From an uncultured Actinomycetes bacterium (GTDB lineage Bacteria > Actinomycetota > UBA4738 > HRBIN12), in the NCBI GenBank assembly GCA_963704725.1, contig OY969934.1:2016001-2080000 (forward strand): a DNA stretch of 64,000 nucleotides. The letters run 5' to 3'. Made by a program: the position numbers and the translations under genes. The stretch's first letter is position 1, and each line of letters begins with the position of its first letter. Positions 10,970 through 23,818 of this stretch are shown here, piece after piece. Under the pieces are notes generated by a model. That model worked only from the letters and a program-made list of their open reading frames with translations. It did no database searches and had not been told where the DNA came from.

Positions 10970-12136
10970 ATGCCTCGCATCTCGCCCTTCGTCGGCCTGT
11001 GCTTCGATCCGTCGCGGGTCGGATCCCTCGAGCGCGTGACCGCACCACCTTACGACGTGATCTCCGAACGGGAGCATGCCAGGCTCCTCGCCGCGAGCCC
11101 CTACAACGTGATCCGTCTCGATCTCGGCCGGGAGCCCGGTGGCGACGGCGCGGAGCGGTACGCGAACGCGGCGCAGGACCTCGCGGAATGGCGCTCGAGC
11201 GGCGTGTTGGCACCCACCGGCATGCCGTCGTACTTCCCGTACGAGATGCGCTTCTCGCTGCACGGCCGCCGGCGCCGCGTGCGCGGCCTCGTCTGCGCGG
11301 TCGAGCTTCAGGACTGGGGCGGGGAGATCCTGCCGCACGAACACGTCATGGCCGCGCCCGTCGAGGACCGCCTGCGCCTGGTCCGCGCGACCGGGGCGAA
11401 CCTCTCGAGCGTCTACGCCGTCTTCGTGGGGCCGAACCGGCCGCTCGGGGCCTGGCTCGAGGAGCGCACCTCGGCCGAGCCCGTGGCCGCCATGGTGGAC
11501 CCGGACGGCGTGGAGCACCTGCTGTGGCGGGCGCCGGCCGATCCCGACGTGGCGGGATGGCTCCAGGGCGAGTCCCTCATGATCGCCGACGGCCACCATC
11601 GGTACACGACCGCGCTTCGGTACCGCGACGAGATGCGCGCCGCCCGCGGGCCGGGGCCGTGGGACTCGTCGATGATGCTGGTCGTCGACGCCGCCCTCGA
11701 GGACCCACCGGTGCTCCCCTACCACCGCGTCCAGCGCTCGGGGCCCGTGCCCGGCGAGGGCGTCCGCGTCAGGGACCTGGAGGAGGTGCTGGAGTCCGTC
11801 GACGACGGCAAGGTCCGGTTGGGGATCGCGACGCACGAGGACGGAGCGCTCGTGCACCGGCTTCTCGAGCTCGACGGCGGACCCCCCACCGTGTGCCGGC
11901 TCCACGAGGACATCCTGGCCGGGCTCGACGCCGAGCTCTGGTACACGCCCGACGCCGTGGCCGCGGAGGAGGCCGTGCGTGCCGGCGAGGCGGTCGCCGC
12001 CTACCTCCTGGCGCCGACCAACTCGGCGACCATCCGAACGGTCGTGGACGCCGGCGCTCGACTCCCCCGCAAGTCCACGTTCTTCTGGCCCAAGCCCCGC
12101 ACGGGCCTGGTGTTCCGCCCGCACGACCTGGCCTGA
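10970..12136 (+). CDS. DUF1015 family protein
   Basis: APPYDVIS, ILPHE, IADGHHRY, LPRKSTFFWPKP. Confidence 0.92.
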   Translation: MPRISPFVGLCFDPSRVGSLERVTAPPYDVISEREHARLLAASPYNVIRLDLGREPGGDGAERYANAAQDLAEWRSSGVLAPTGMPSYFPYEMRFSLHGRRRRVRGLVCAVELQDWGGEILPHEHVMAAPVEDRLRLVRATGANLSSVYAVFVGPNRPLGAWLEERTSAEPVAAMVDPDGVEHLLWRAPADPDVAGWLQGESLMIADGHHRYTTALRYRDEMRAARGPGPWDSSMMLVVDAALEDPPVLPYHRVQRSGPVPGEGVRVRDLEEVLESVDDGKVRLGIATHEDGALVHRLLELDGGPPTVCRLHEDILAGLDAELWYTPDAVAAEEAVRAGEAVAAYLLAPTNSATIRTVVDAGARLPRKSTFFWPKPRTGLVFRPHDLA

Positions 12137-12142
12137 CGGGGC

Positions 12143-12469
12143 CTACTCCTCCTCGGGACGCACCAGCTTCTTGATCCCCGAGGCGACGACCTCGGTGAGG
12201 CTCCGGGCCCCGGCTCCGCTCCGGTAGAACCGCCGCACGAGCTGGCCGTAGACGAGCACGTCGTCCCCCTTGGCGAGGCCCTTCAACGCGCGCTTGCCGA
12301 CGTCCCGATGCCAGGCGGCGACGGGGAGAGGGAGGAGGCGTCTGCCCGCTTCCGGAACGGAGAGCCGGAGCTCGGTGACCTCGTCGCCCGACGGCATCCG
12401 GCGCTCGACCGGTTCGGCCGCGACCCTGCCGGCGAGCACGACGACGTTGACCGCCACCACGTTGCTCAC
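12143..12469 (-). CDS. Single-stranded DNA-binding (OB-fold) protein, short, no canonical tail
   Basis: NVVVLAGRV...PSGDEV...W...KGDDVLVYGQL...TEVVA; purine-rich SD before GTG. Confidence 0.8.
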   Translation of the reverse strand: MSNVVAVNVVVLAGRVAAEPVERRMPSGDEVTELRLSVPEAGRRLLPLPVAAWHRDVGKRALKGLAKGDDVLVYGQLVRRFYRSGAGARSLTEVVASGIKKLVRPEEE

Positions 12470-12536
12470 TCCGATCCCCCCTTCCGGCGCGAAGCTAGCA
12501 GCCGCTACCGACACGCCCGTCTACACTCGGCGTCCC

Positions 12537-13487
12537 GTGGAGCCCATCGTCACCCAGATCGCGCCCGGCCTCTCGGCGATCGACACCTTCTACGCCGGTC
12601 GCGAGCGCTACACCGCTGCGTACCTGCTCGCGGCGCGGGAGCCGGCGATCGTCGAGACCGGCCCCACGACCTCGCACGACCACGTCGTGGCCGGGCTCGA
12701 GCGGCTGGGGATCGGCCCCGAGGATCTCGCGCACGTGGTGGTGACCCACATCCACCTCGACCACGCGGGCGGCGTCGGGGCGATGTGCGACCGCTACCCG
12801 CGGGCCACGGTGTGGGTCCACGAGCGCGGCGCCCGCCACCTCGCCGAGCCGGGCCGGCTCGTCGCGAGCGCCACGTCCATCTACGGGCCGACCCAGATGG
12901 AGAGGCTCTTCGGACGCGTCGACCCCGTTCCGGCGCACCGGATCCGGAGCCTGGCCGACGGCGACGTCGTCGATCTGGGAGGGCGGTCCCTCACCGCGGC
13001 TTCCACCCCGGGCCACGCCAAGCATCAGGTGGCGCTGGTGGACTCGGACACCGGAGCGGTGTTCACGGGAGACGCCCTCGGCATCCATCCTCCGGATCTG
13101 CGCGTGCTCCGGCCCGCCACGCCGCCGCCCGACTACGACCTGGAACAGGCGCTCGAAAGCATCGAGCGGATCCGGGCGCTCGCCGGCGAGCTCCTGCTGT
13201 TCTCGCACTTCGGCCCGGTGCGCGAGGTCGACCGCATCTGCGACCTGGCGGTCGAGCGGTTCCGGGGGTGGACCGAGGCGGTGCGGCGGGCCATGGAGCA
13301 CACGGACGACCTCGACGAGATCGTCGCCTCGCTCGAGGCCGAGTCGCGGCGCGACGTCGAGACCGGCGCCGAGGCCTCGATCGACCTGGACCGATTCGAG
13401 ATCCTGTCGAGCGTGCGCATGAACGCGATGGGCATCGTGCGCTACTGGCGGCAGCGGCGGGAGGCCGCCGCCGGTCAGGAGAGCTGA
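12537..13487 (+). CDS. MBL-fold metallo-hydrolase
   Basis: THIHLDHAGG, TPGH, FTGDA, FSHFG. Confidence 0.92.
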   Translation: MEPIVTQIAPGLSAIDTFYAGRERYTAAYLLAAREPAIVETGPTTSHDHVVAGLERLGIGPEDLAHVVVTHIHLDHAGGVGAMCDRYPRATVWVHERGARHLAEPGRLVASATSIYGPTQMERLFGRVDPVPAHRIRSLADGDVVDLGGRSLTAASTPGHAKHQVALVDSDTGAVFTGDALGIHPPDLRVLRPATPPPDYDLEQALESIERIRALAGELLLFSHFGPVREVDRICDLAVERFRGWTEAVRRAMEHTDDLDEIVASLEAESRRDVETGAEASIDLDRFEILSSVRMNAMGIVRYWRQRREAAAGQES

Positions 13488-14167
13488 GCGAGGCGCTCCG
13501 CGACGTCGTAGGCCGCGGCGTCGTGCCGCAGGATCTTGCGGAACTCCCGGACCGCCTCCTGGGGGCGACCGGCCTTGGCCAGGATGTCGCCGGTCACGTA
13601 CCACACCCGGATCACCTCGGGGCGCGACACGTCGTCATGCGTCCGGATCCGCCGGAGCAGCCCGAGCGCCTGGTCGAACTTGGACTGGTCGGCGAGGGCG
13701 CTGGCCGCGACGATGACGGCTTCGGTCCTGGCCGACAGGGGCACGCCCCGCGCGGACAGGGCCTCCTCCGCCAGCGGGACGGCCCGGTCCGGACGCCCCA
13801 CGAACCGCAGGCAGTCCGCGATGATGTGGTTCTGGTCGGCCCGGCCGGACATCCGGCGATACGCCTGCATCTCCGTCAGCGCCTCGCGGTAGCGGTCGAG
13901 CCCGTACAGGGCCAGGCCCAGCACCTCGCGGACGGCGGCCGAGCGGGGGGCCAGGTCCTTGGCCTTCTGTGCCTCGGCCGCGGCGCCGCGGGCGTCGTCG
14001 CGCTCCAGGAGCTCGGCCGCCCGCTCCAGGCGGGCGATCGCCGCCTCGGCCTGGTTGGCCCGCGCGGTCTGGCGGAGCTCCGACACCACCTCTGCGGGCA
14101 GGGCGGACCGCCGGCGAGCCCGGGACGGGCCGTGCGGACCGGGCTTGGATCGGAAGGCCTTGGGCAT
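13475..14167 (-). CDS. Tetratricopeptide repeat protein
   Basis: REVLGLALY...EALTEMQAYRRMSG...IADCLR; lies directly downstream of the rRNA operon. Confidence 0.85.
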   Translation of the reverse strand: MPKAFRSKPGPHGPSRARRRSALPAEVVSELRQTARANQAEAAIARLERAAELLERDDARGAAAEAQKAKDLAPRSAAVREVLGLALYGLDRYREALTEMQAYRRMSGRADQNHIIADCLRFVGRPDRAVPLAEEALSARGVPLSARTEAVIVAASALADQSKFDQALGLLRRIRTHDDVSRPEVIRVWYVTGDILAKAGRPQEAVREFRKILRHDAAAYDVAERLAQLS

Positions 14168-14212
14168 CGGACGGCCAGCGTACCCGGCGCGGCGCGGGGA
14201 ACCCCGGAAACG

Positions 14213-14244
14213 CAGAAGAGCCGCCCCGAAGGGCGGCTCTTCTG
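14213..14244 (-). terminator. rRNA operon terminator hairpin
   Basis: Perfect 14-bp stem CAGAAGAGCCGCCC-TTCG-GGGCGGCTCTTCTG just after 5S, followed by CGTTT. Confidence 0.8.
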
Positions 14245-14251
14245 AACGATG

Positions 14252-14370
14252 TCCCGGCGGCGACCTACTCTCCCACCCAGTTGCCCGGGCAGTACCATCG
14301 GCGCTGGAGGGCTTAACTTCCGGGTTCGAGATGGGACCGGGTGTTTCCCCTCCGCCATGACCACCGAAAC
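14252..14370 (-). rRNA. rrf: 5S rRNA
   Basis: CCCATCTCGAACCCGGAAGTTAAG and GGGAGAGTAGGTCGCCGCC motifs with complementary ends; ends approximate. Confidence 0.97.
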
Positions 14371-14455
14371 GGAGCTTCCCGATCGCTCGGGACGTCCGAT
14401 TGGGGGCGCGGCCCCCGAGCAGAGCTCGGGAACTGCGATAGCGAGCGCGAGCAAT

Positions 14456-17559
<3,104 letters not shown>

Positions 17560-17583
17560 GTAGATGCTCGCGCTCGCTATCGA

Positions 17584-17596
17584 GTTCTCAAGGTGC
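17584..17596 (-). promoter_or_regulatory. boxA-like antitermination element in the 16S-23S spacer (no tRNA in spacer)
   Basis: GCACCTTGAGAAC, identical to the copy in the 16S leader (19496-19508); adjacent sequence is complementary to ~14430-14453 (23S processing stem). Confidence 0.7.
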
Positions 17597-17780
17597 CCGG
17601 GAGCTCGCACCCCCAGAGCTGAACAGTGTGCCCGGCCGGCTCCCCCGGGTCGCCTCGCCGTTCGCCCCCTGAGGGGGTACTAGCGCGAGGGCGATCCGAG
17701 CTCGCCCGCCGAATAGCCAGTGCACCGACCTGGAGTCTCCGAGGCCGACCGAACGGCCGGCCTCGGGGTGCCAAGTGGCT

Positions 17781-19316
<1,536 letters not shown>

Positions 19317-19495
19317 GAACCGTCGATCCGGCCGGATGGCCGGCTTGGGTTCGGTGTTGGAAAGTCGGCTCCGCCGGGTAGCACCCCCGGCTCGGCCTCC
19401 TGTGATTCGGTTTCGTACGACCGTCTGCTGCCAGGCACGGCGAACCGCGCCTCCCAGCCGACGGGGAAACGCACTGGCTTTTGGCACACTGTTCA

Positions 19496-19508
19496 GTTCT
19501 CAAGGTGC
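19496..19508 (-). promoter_or_regulatory. boxA-like element in rRNA leader
   Basis: GCACCTTGAGAAC followed by TGAACAGTGTG, complementary to the post-16S spacer at ~17620-17630. Confidence 0.7.
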
Positions 19509-19563
19509 GTGCAGCGGCCCACGATGGAGGTGGACTCCAAAGGAAGGGTCGCGCCGACTGCTC

Positions 19564-19592
19564 ATAGTAGGCATCCCGCGAGGCTGCGTCAA
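19564..19592 (-). promoter_or_regulatory. Primary-sigma promoter of the rRNA operon
   Basis: TTGACG-17 nt-TACTAT about 250 nt upstream of 16S. Confidence 0.8.
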
Positions 19593-19636
19593 CCGTGCTG
19601 CCAGCGGGCTCCGAGGGCGCCCCGCTCCGAACGGCC

Positions 19637-19692
19637 GGCCACCCCCCTCGCGGCCCCGCGAGGGGGGTGGCCGAAGCCCTCCCCCCTCGCGG
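19637..19692. repeat. Three alternately oriented copies of CCCCCCTCGCGG (terminator-like hairpins)
   Basis: 17-bp perfect inverted repeat 19637-19653/19656-19672 plus a third copy at 19681-19692, just after the peptidase stop. Confidence 0.75.
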
Positions 19693-19704
19693 TCCGCCTC
19701 GTGC

Positions 19705-22353
19705 TCAGGCCTCGTCCGTCAGGTTCGACCAGAGGGCCGCCTGGCCGACGAAGAGCCACTCGCGCTCCGCGTCCCCCCGGGAGAACGGGTTCGTCGCGAG
19801 CGCGGCGTACCGGCTCCCCACGGTGGTGTCCCCGTGGAGCGCCATCGGGGCCCCGGCCGCCGCCGGGTTCCGGTCGAGCCACAGGCCCGCCACGAACATC
19901 GCCGTCGTGTCGGGGAGGTACTGACCGTCCACCGACGCGCTCGTCGGCACCGCCGAGAAGAACGTCACGTTCGACGGCAGGTACAGGTAGTCCTGGGCGG
20001 TGAATCCTCCGGTGAGCGGACCGTTCAGTCCCACGTTGTCCCACCTCGCGATGCCGCCTCCCGCGGAATCGCTCGTCTGCGTGAGCGGGGTCGTGACGAG
20101 CCCCGCGCCGGTCAGGAAGTTGAAGTTGTTCCCCGACTGGCTGGTTCCGATGTACCCACCGCCACGGGCGAAGAAGGCCTGCAGTCGGTCCCTCGCGACG
20201 GTGTTGGCGACGGAGGGGTAGTTCTGGCCGGCGTTGTAGATCACGTCGAAGCCGAGCAGGGGGTCGTCGGCGGCGTTCTGGAGCGAGTCGGTGCCGTTGA
20301 CCGTCGAGACGAAGGCCGTGTCCGGTCCGAAGATCTGCTGCAGCGACCACATCGTGTCGTTCACCACGGGCGCCGAGCTGTTCACCAGGACCGCGACCTT
20401 CGGAGCCTCGTCGACTTGGGTGGTGGCCGGCTTCGGCCCCGTGTGCGGCTCGAACACGATCCCCGCGGCCTGGCCCGCGGTCCTGAGCGCAGCGACCGTG
20501 GCGGCGTCGGCGGGGAAGATCAGCGAGCCGGCCGGGCTGGCGCCCGAGACCTCGGCGATCTCCGCGTCGATGCCACTGCGGAGGAGATCAAGGACCGCAC
20601 GAACCTCGGAGGGACCCCGGAGGGTCAGGGAGTACCAGGTCGGCTTTCCCTTCGAGCCCCCCACGCCCCCCGTCAGCGGGTTCGGCGTCGCCTGCGCCTG
20701 GGTGGTGGGGTTGAAGGAGGCGCTCCCCGCCGGGATCTCGACGACATCGGCCCCCCAGAGCTGCCCGTGGCTCCAGGCGCCCGGAGGAGCGTACAGCTGG
20801 CTGATCCGATCCGAGATGTCCTGGCCGGCATCGAGCGCCGTGAGGGCGAGTCCCCGGAAGGGCTGATCCATCCAGACGACGTACGAGCTCTTCGGGAACG
20901 TGATCCTCCCGGACTTCCAGTTGTAGGCCTGCTTGATGGTCTCGACCTGGATCCCGTTGTCGAGCAACCACTGCACCAGCCTGTTCGCCTCGGCATCGGA
21001 CCGCTGGCCGGAACCGTCGAACGGGATCACGAAGGCCTTCGGATACGGAACCATCCAGTTGTGCTGATCCTCCGTGAAGCCGCGCGCCGCGATGTCGGGG
21101 TCGTCACAGCAGTCGGGACGGGCCGCGCCCGTGACGCCGCGGCGGAAGATCTCGAGCTGGTCGTGAAGGATCGGGTTGCGGTGCTCGATCCAGAAGGCGG
21201 CCGACGAGTAGAAGCCGACGTACTGGGCCCGCTTCGACCCGAAGCGTCCGTCGCAGCCCGCGCCGCTGCTGCACATCTCCAGGGTCGAGCTGTCGACGCC
21301 GTAGAAGGCCATGTAGGTCTGGGTGTAGAAGGGACCCCAGTCGTCCCACCCCTCGGCGTAGGCCGGGCCGACGGGCGGGGTGTCGTCCGCGTCCGCGTTC
21401 CACTGATTCACGGGACGGGTGATGCCCATGCCCACGGCGGCCAGCGCCGCCTCGTTCGCATCCAGCCTGGGCTGGTTCCACCGCACGAACAGGTCGTAGT
21501 CGATGCCGGGGTTGTGCGGCTTGGTCAGCCCATCGATCAGCGTCGGGTTCACGTACCCGTGCATCGCGAGGCCAACCGGAGCGAGCCACTGCTGCTGGCG
21601 CGCGATCTCGTTGCGGATCTCCGACTGGGACTGCACGAGCAGGTCGCGGTTCATATCGAAGCTGTTGCCGTTGGATCGTTGCCCGATGAACCGGCCGTCC
21701 GGGTTCTCCGTGGGGACCACGACCAGGATCGCGTGATCCAGCAGGCCGTCCACGGTCGAGTTGACGCCGTACGGCGTGGTGACCAGGTCCCGGATCACCT
21801 GCATGATGGCGTCGGTTCCCTCTTCCTCGTTCCCGTGGATGTTGGCCTCGATGAAGATCGGGATCTTGACCTCGTCCCCCCACTGCGCCAGCAACGCCTG
21901 CCCGGCCGTGGGGTCGGTCAGCATGATCGAGCGGAGCTGAACCCACCGGTCGTAGTCACGCTGCTGCTCGGGGGTCTCGAGGGCGTTGACCACCACCTCG
22001 TACTGATCGAATCCCAGAGCCGACTGCCCGATGACCGAGTAGGACATCCGGGTGGGGATGCCGGCGTTCGCCGCTTCGGTCTGGAACCCGTCGAGGGTGC
22101 ATTGGATGGCCTCGAGCGGTATCAGGGCCAGCGGTGGTCCCTGCTGGTTCGCGATGTTCGATCCGGGAGCGGCGTCGGCGCACCACGCCTCGCCGTAGGT
22201 CGGGCCGAGGCCCGCGGAGATCGGGTTGCCGTCGAACGGCGGGGCGAGCTGGGCGCTCGCCGAGACCGGGACCATCAGCGCGGGGATCGCGAGCGCCAAG
22301 GCGGTCACGAGCGTCAACCAGGCCCTTGACGAGCGACTGACCGGTCGTTGCAC
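19705..22353 (-). CDS. Secreted M14 zinc carboxypeptidase-family protein with C-terminal glutamine-amidotransferase-like domain
   Basis: SD GGAGG before GTG 22353; signal peptide ending ASA-Q; IHGNEEEG, NPDG, RSN, DMNRD, MHG. Confidence 0.88.
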   Translation of the reverse strand: MQRPVSRSSRAWLTLVTALALAIPALMVPVSASAQLAPPFDGNPISAGLGPTYGEAWCADAAPGSNIANQQGPPLALIPLEAIQCTLDGFQTEAANAGIPTRMSYSVIGQSALGFDQYEVVVNALETPEQQRDYDRWVQLRSIMLTDPTAGQALLAQWGDEVKIPIFIEANIHGNEEEGTDAIMQVIRDLVTTPYGVNSTVDGLLDHAILVVVPTENPDGRFIGQRSNGNSFDMNRDLLVQSQSEIRNEIARQQQWLAPVGLAMHGYVNPTLIDGLTKPHNPGIDYDLFVRWNQPRLDANEAALAAVGMGITRPVNQWNADADDTPPVGPAYAEGWDDWGPFYTQTYMAFYGVDSSTLEMCSSGAGCDGRFGSKRAQYVGFYSSAAFWIEHRNPILHDQLEIFRRGVTGAARPDCCDDPDIAARGFTEDQHNWMVPYPKAFVIPFDGSGQRSDAEANRLVQWLLDNGIQVETIKQAYNWKSGRITFPKSSYVVWMDQPFRGLALTALDAGQDISDRISQLYAPPGAWSHGQLWGADVVEIPAGSASFNPTTQAQATPNPLTGGVGGSKGKPTWYSLTLRGPSEVRAVLDLLRSGIDAEIAEVSGASPAGSLIFPADAATVAALRTAGQAAGIVFEPHTGPKPATTQVDEAPKVAVLVNSSAPVVNDTMWSLQQIFGPDTAFVSTVNGTDSLQNAADDPLLGFDVIYNAGQNYPSVANTVARDRLQAFFARGGGYIGTSQSGNNFNFLTGAGLVTTPLTQTSDSAGGGIARWDNVGLNGPLTGGFTAQDYLYLPSNVTFFSAVPTSASVDGQYLPDTTAMFVAGLWLDRNPAAAGAPMALHGDTTVGSRYAALATNPFSRGDAEREWLFVGQAALWSNLTDEA

Positions 22354-22551
22354 GGAGCTACACCTCCCCTGTCGTGGACGAGCGCGAGCGGAGTGAGCGG
22401 TGACGACGGGGGGGACCTCGCCCCGCGCGGACCACCGGCCGCGAGGGGGCGGCGGGGTGCGCGGCAACGCGATGCACCACGGGCGGGTCCTTGGACGCGG
22501 ACGAGGGCTATCCAAGCCGAATCCGACCCGTCCGGTCAAATTGCGATCGCC

Positions 22552-23763
22552 TCAGATGAGGCGCACGAACCTCCGGCGCCCCACCGCGAGCGTGGCGCCG
22601 CGAAGCTCCTCGATCGGCATCTCCAGCCCCGGGTCGGAGAAGGGCTCGCCGTCCAGGCTGACGCCCCGGCCCTCGATCTGCCGTCGGGCATCCCCGTTCG
22701 AGGCGGCGAGGCCGAGCAAGACCAGGAGGCGCGGGAGCCACACCCGCCCATCGACGATCGCGTCCGGCGGGACCCGGGCCTCCTCCACCTGGTCGGGGAT
22801 CCGGTGCTCGCGGTGCACGGCGTCGAACCGCTCCTCGGCGCCCGCTCCGGCCCCGGGGCCGTGGTACAGGTCCACGACCTCCCGGGCCAGGCGCCGCTTC
22901 TCCGCCCAGGGATCGAGCGAGCCGTCGCCCAGACCCGCCTTCACGGCGGTCCACGCCTGCCGGTCGCCGAAGAAGTCCAGCGTGAGTCGCCGGTACTCCG
23001 GGATCAGCTCGTCGCGGACCCGGGTGAGCTTGCCGAACATCTCGTCCGGATCCTCGGTGATCCCGATGTAGTTGCCGAGGGACTGGCTCATCTTCTGCAC
23101 GCCGTCGGTCCCCACGAGCAGGGGCATCGTCATCGCCACCTGGGGGCTCTGCCCATGCTCGCGCTGCAGGTCCCGGCCGAGCAGCAGGTTGAAGAGCTGG
23201 TCGCTGCCGCCGAGCTCCACGTCCGCCTCCACGGCGACCGAGTCCATCGCCTGCAACAGCGGGTAGAGGAACTCCATGATCGAGATGGGCCGGGTCTCCG
23301 CGTACCGTTTCGCGAAGTCGTCGCGCTCGAGCATCCGAGCCACCGTGGTCGAGGCCGTGAGCTTCAGGACCGCCTCCATGTCGAGCGGCTCGAGCCACTC
23401 GGAGTTGTGGCGGACCTCGGTCCGCTCGCGGTCCAGGATCAGCCAGAACTGGTCCAGGAGGCGGCCGGCGTACTCCAGGACCACGTCCTTGGGCAGGCGG
23501 GGACGCGTCTCGCTCCGTCCCGATGGATCCCCGACGCGCGCCGTGAAGTCTCCAACGATGAGCACCGCCACGTGTCCGGCGTCCTGGAACTGCCGGAGCT
23601 TGCGCAGGACGACGGCCCACCCCAGCGTCACCGCCGGGGCCGTGGGGTCCAGGCCGAGCTTCACCCGGAGGGGACGGCCCAGGGCCAGCTTCTCGTCGAA
23701 CTCCCAGAGGGGGCGAGCGTCCGCCACCTCGGCGAGTAGTGTTTGGCGGTCGTCGGGACCCAT
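22552..23763 (-). CDS. tyrS: Tyrosine--tRNA ligase with atypical signature motifs
   Basis: VKLGLDPTAP, GDFTARVGDPSG, EFLYPLLQAMDS, GGSDQLFN, C-terminal S4 domain ending VGRRRF. Confidence 0.95.
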   Translation of the reverse strand: MGPDDRQTLLAEVADARPLWEFDEKLALGRPLRVKLGLDPTAPAVTLGWAVVLRKLRQFQDAGHVAVLIVGDFTARVGDPSGRSETRPRLPKDVVLEYAGRLLDQFWLILDRERTEVRHNSEWLEPLDMEAVLKLTASTTVARMLERDDFAKRYAETRPISIMEFLYPLLQAMDSVAVEADVELGGSDQLFNLLLGRDLQREHGQSPQVAMTMPLLVGTDGVQKMSQSLGNYIGITEDPDEMFGKLTRVRDELIPEYRRLTLDFFGDRQAWTAVKAGLGDGSLDPWAEKRRLAREVVDLYHGPGAGAGAEERFDAVHREHRIPDQVEEARVPPDAIVDGRVWLPRLLVLLGLAASNGDARRQIEGRGVSLDGEPFSDPGLEMPIEELRGATLAVGRRRFVRLI

Positions 23764-23818
23764 GGGCGCCGCGATGCTAGCAGTGGGAACCTGGGCGGTC
23801 GTGCGAAGATGGAGGCCC

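Noticed and set aside
22354-22551. Possible riboswitch before the M14 peptidase
   Set aside because: GC-rich stems are present, but no aptamer consensus could be recognised and the TTGACC box has no well-spaced -10.
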